A program made the translations under genes and the position numbers. The notes below the pieces were generated by a model. The model worked only from the letters and a program-made list of their open reading frames with translations, was not told where the DNA came from and did not search any database. Below are positions 61,281 through 64,000 of a DNA stretch of 64,000 nucleotides, one piece after another (within the stretch, counting starts at the first letter, position 1; each line of letters begins with the position of its first letter). Source of the DNA: Squalus acanthias (lineage: Eukaryota); NCBI GenBank assembly GCA_030390025.1, contig CM059425.1, positions 68,882,001 through 68,946,000 on the forward strand. The letters are read 5' to 3'.

Positions 61281-61749
61281 TGTCAAACTTTCAAAATCTT
61301 TGTGGCGTTTTCTTTTGAAGTTGAAGGATTTGGTTTTGAATTTGGTCATATTTAATACATGTTCCATATTTTGTATTTTTATACTGCTTCAAATATACAC
61401 TGCTCACCTTCCTAGTAAAAAATAGTCCTGCATATGTGCAGTGTGATTGCCCTTCCATGTAAGATCCCCCAACACTAGATTTAAAAACCCTGTCTGGTTT
61501 TTAAATGGGCTGGTTACTGGGGAGCCAGCTTGAAAAGCAGCTAAGTAATCACTCTAGCATGGTTTGGGAAATAATCGTGTACAAACTACTCACTGAAGCA
61601 TGAACATATCTTTAAAGAACCCAAATGAAATGCTCTGTTATTGGAAGAACTTACATTTATATAGAGCCTATTACATCCTCGGGGTACCTCAAAGTGCTTC
61701 ACAGCTAATCAATTGCTTTTTAAGTGTGGTCAGTGTTGTTATGTACACA

Positions 61750-62990
61750 AGCTCTGACCTGCTCTTGTAACCACAGTATTTATGTGGCTGGTCCAGCTAA
61801 GTTTCTGGTCAGTGGTGACCCCCAGGATGTTGATGGTGGGGGATTCAGCGATGGTAATGCCATTGAATGTCAAGGGGAGGTGGTTAGACTCTCGCTTGCT
61901 GGAGATAGTCATTGCCTGGCACTTGTGTGGCACGAATGTTACCTGCCACTTATCAGCCTTAATGTTGTCCAGGTCTTGTTGCATGCGGGCACGGTCTACT
62001 TCATTATCTGAGGAGTTGTGAATGGAACTGAACACTGTGCAGTCTTCAGCGAACATCCCCATTTCTGACCTTATGATGGAGGGAAGGTCATTGATGAAGC
62101 AGCTGAAGATGGTTGGGCCTAGGACACTGCCTTGAGCAACCCGAGTGGTCCTGGCAGAACCCAAACTGAGCGTCAGTGAGCAAGTTATTGGTGAGTAAGT
62201 GCTGCTTGATAGCACTGTTAACGACACCTTCCATCACTTTGCTGATGATTGAGAGTAGACTGATGGGGCAGTAATTGGCCGGATTAGATTTGTGGACAGG
62301 ACATGCCTGGGCAGTTTTACACTTTGCCGGTTAAATGCCAGTAGCTGTACTGGAACAGCTTGTCTAGAGGCACGGCTAGTTCTGGAGCACGATAGCCGGG
62401 ATGTTGTCAGGGTCTATAGCCTTTGCTGTATCTAGTGCGCTCAGCTATTTCTTGATATCACGTGGAGTAAATTGAAAAATTGAATTGGCTGAAGACTGGC
62501 TTCTGTGATGGTGGGGGCCTCAGGAGGTGGTTGAAATGTATCATCCACTCAGCACTTCTGAGTGAAGATGTTTGTAAACGCTTCAGCCTTGTCTTTTGCA
62601 CTCGCGTGCTGGGCTCCGTCATCAGTGAGGATGGGGATGTTCATGGAGCTTCCTCCTCTCGTCAGTTCTTTAATTGTCCACCACTGGATGTGGCAGGACT
62701 GCAGAGCTTTGATCTGATCCGTTGGTTGTGGGATCGCTTATCTATAGCATGCTGCTTTTGTTTGACCTGATGCCACGAATTGGTGGGACAGAACATACCC
62801 AGGGAGGGTGAAAGGTATGATTCTATGAATATGACTATGTCAGGCTGTTGCATGATTAGTCTGTGGGACAGCTCTCAAGTCCCCAGATATTAGTGAGGAG
62901 GACTTTGCAGGGCTGGGTGTGCCTTTGTCATGTCCAAATCCAGTGCCTAGGCCAATGCCGGGTGGTCCATCTGGTTTTATTATTATTATT
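61750..62990 (-). mobile_element. Deleted copy of the CR1-clade family at 37805-40215
   Basis: QGSVLGPTIFSCFINDLP, WQVTFVPHKCQAMTIS. Confidence 0.88.
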
Positions 62991-63029
62991 GTTTTTTATC
63001 GTGGTTTGATGCAACCGAGTGGCTTGCTA

Positions 63030-63285
63030 GGCCAGTTCAGACAAGAATAGCAGATTTCTGCCTAAAGGGAAGGAAATCCTAAAGGACATCAGTGAACCAG
63101 ATGGGTTTTTAACGACAATCCAGTAGTTTACTGATACTAGATTTTTACTTCCAGCCTTATTTAATTAATTGAATTTAAATTCCCCAGCTGCTGTGGTGGG
63201 ATTTGAACTCATGTCCCTCCAGATCATAAGGCCAGGCCTTTGGATTACTAGTCCAGTAACATAACCACTTTGCTACCGTACCCCC
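63030..63285 (-). mobile_element. tRNA-derived SINE (same family as 10288-10581), 5' part
   Basis: Minus-strand GGTAGCAAAGTGGT (box A) and GAGTTCAAATCCC (box B). Body is shared with 10290-10420. Confidence 0.8.
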
Positions 63286-63629
63286 AGTGTAAGAGAAATG
63301 CTAGAAAAGCCTCTCCTGGTATGGAAGCAGATTTCATGTTAAACAGTTATGGGTCTTGTTGGGAGTGCGAGTGGTTGAGAGGAAAGTAAATAATTGAAGT
63401 ATATTTGTTGTAGAGAACAGTTGTTTTCCCCTCCCCGCAAAATAGGAAATTTTCACAACTCTATTGAAGTGCTTATATCACAAAAGCATTAAAACAATTT
63501 AGATCAGCTGGGTGTCTGACCCACATGGAAAACCATCACCATGGATATCCAAACCAAGATACTGAGAAATCCACAAGTAGAGTTTGTTAGTTTTTTAAAT
63601 GGTGAGAAACTATTAAATGTTGGTGTTCA

Positions 63630-63757
63630 GAGATGCGGAGATGCCGGTGTTGGACTGGGGTGGACAAAAATGAGAAGTCGCACAACACCAGGTTATAGTC
63701 CAACAGTTTTATTTAAAATTACGAGCTTTCGGAGCTGCTGCCCCTTTGTCAGGTAGA
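63630..63757 (-). mobile_element. Penelope pseudo-LTR fragment with a degenerate minimal hammerhead ribozyme
   Basis: Minus strand CTGACAA-AGGGGC..GCTCC-GAAA-GCTCGTA, followed by the unit seen at 18925-19010. Confidence 0.7.
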
Positions 63758-64000
63758 GGTACAGTGAGGGAATCTAATACACAGTATATATACACAGAGA
63801 GCGACTTGTCTGCAGAGATACAATCCGTCAGGAAGGCACTACATCAAAGACACATCAGAGCACAGCCAAGACAATGAGGTGGGTCACAGGGGGTCCAACG
63901 TGTCAAATGCTGCCGTCTGCAGTTGAGCTCCTAACTTTTTTTTGGTTTTTTTTTTTGTGTTTTTTTTTTAAAACTGTAAAGACAGACAACGATGTCGAGT

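Overview
Eukaryotic DNA made almost entirely of nested transposable elements. The repeat inventory (CR1 and L2 LINEs, Deu-domain SINEs, Penelope remnants) suggests a cartilaginous fish such as a shark; this is an inference. No intact host gene, rRNA, true tRNA or CRISPR array is recognisable. There are three ~4.1-4.3 kb two-gene PIF/Harbinger DNA transposons (DDE transposase plus a convergent three-exon Myb/SANT-like gene) at 9341-13617, 22022-26204 and 45112-49188; the last has an uninterrupted transposase ORF. Many Harbinger-type MITEs have 3-bp TSDs, and their flanks share a palindromic target pattern. An internally deleted, retrovirus-like LTR element (41907-49518, TSD AACC) has pol and env-like remnants and carries the youngest Harbinger in its 5' LTR. 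Also present are a solo LTR, one near-full-length CR1 with an esterase ORF1, other CR1/L2/RTE fragments, tRNA-derived SINEs, and Penelope pieces with decayed hammerhead motifs. Boundaries were read by eye: those with TSDs are close to exact, the rest are approximate.
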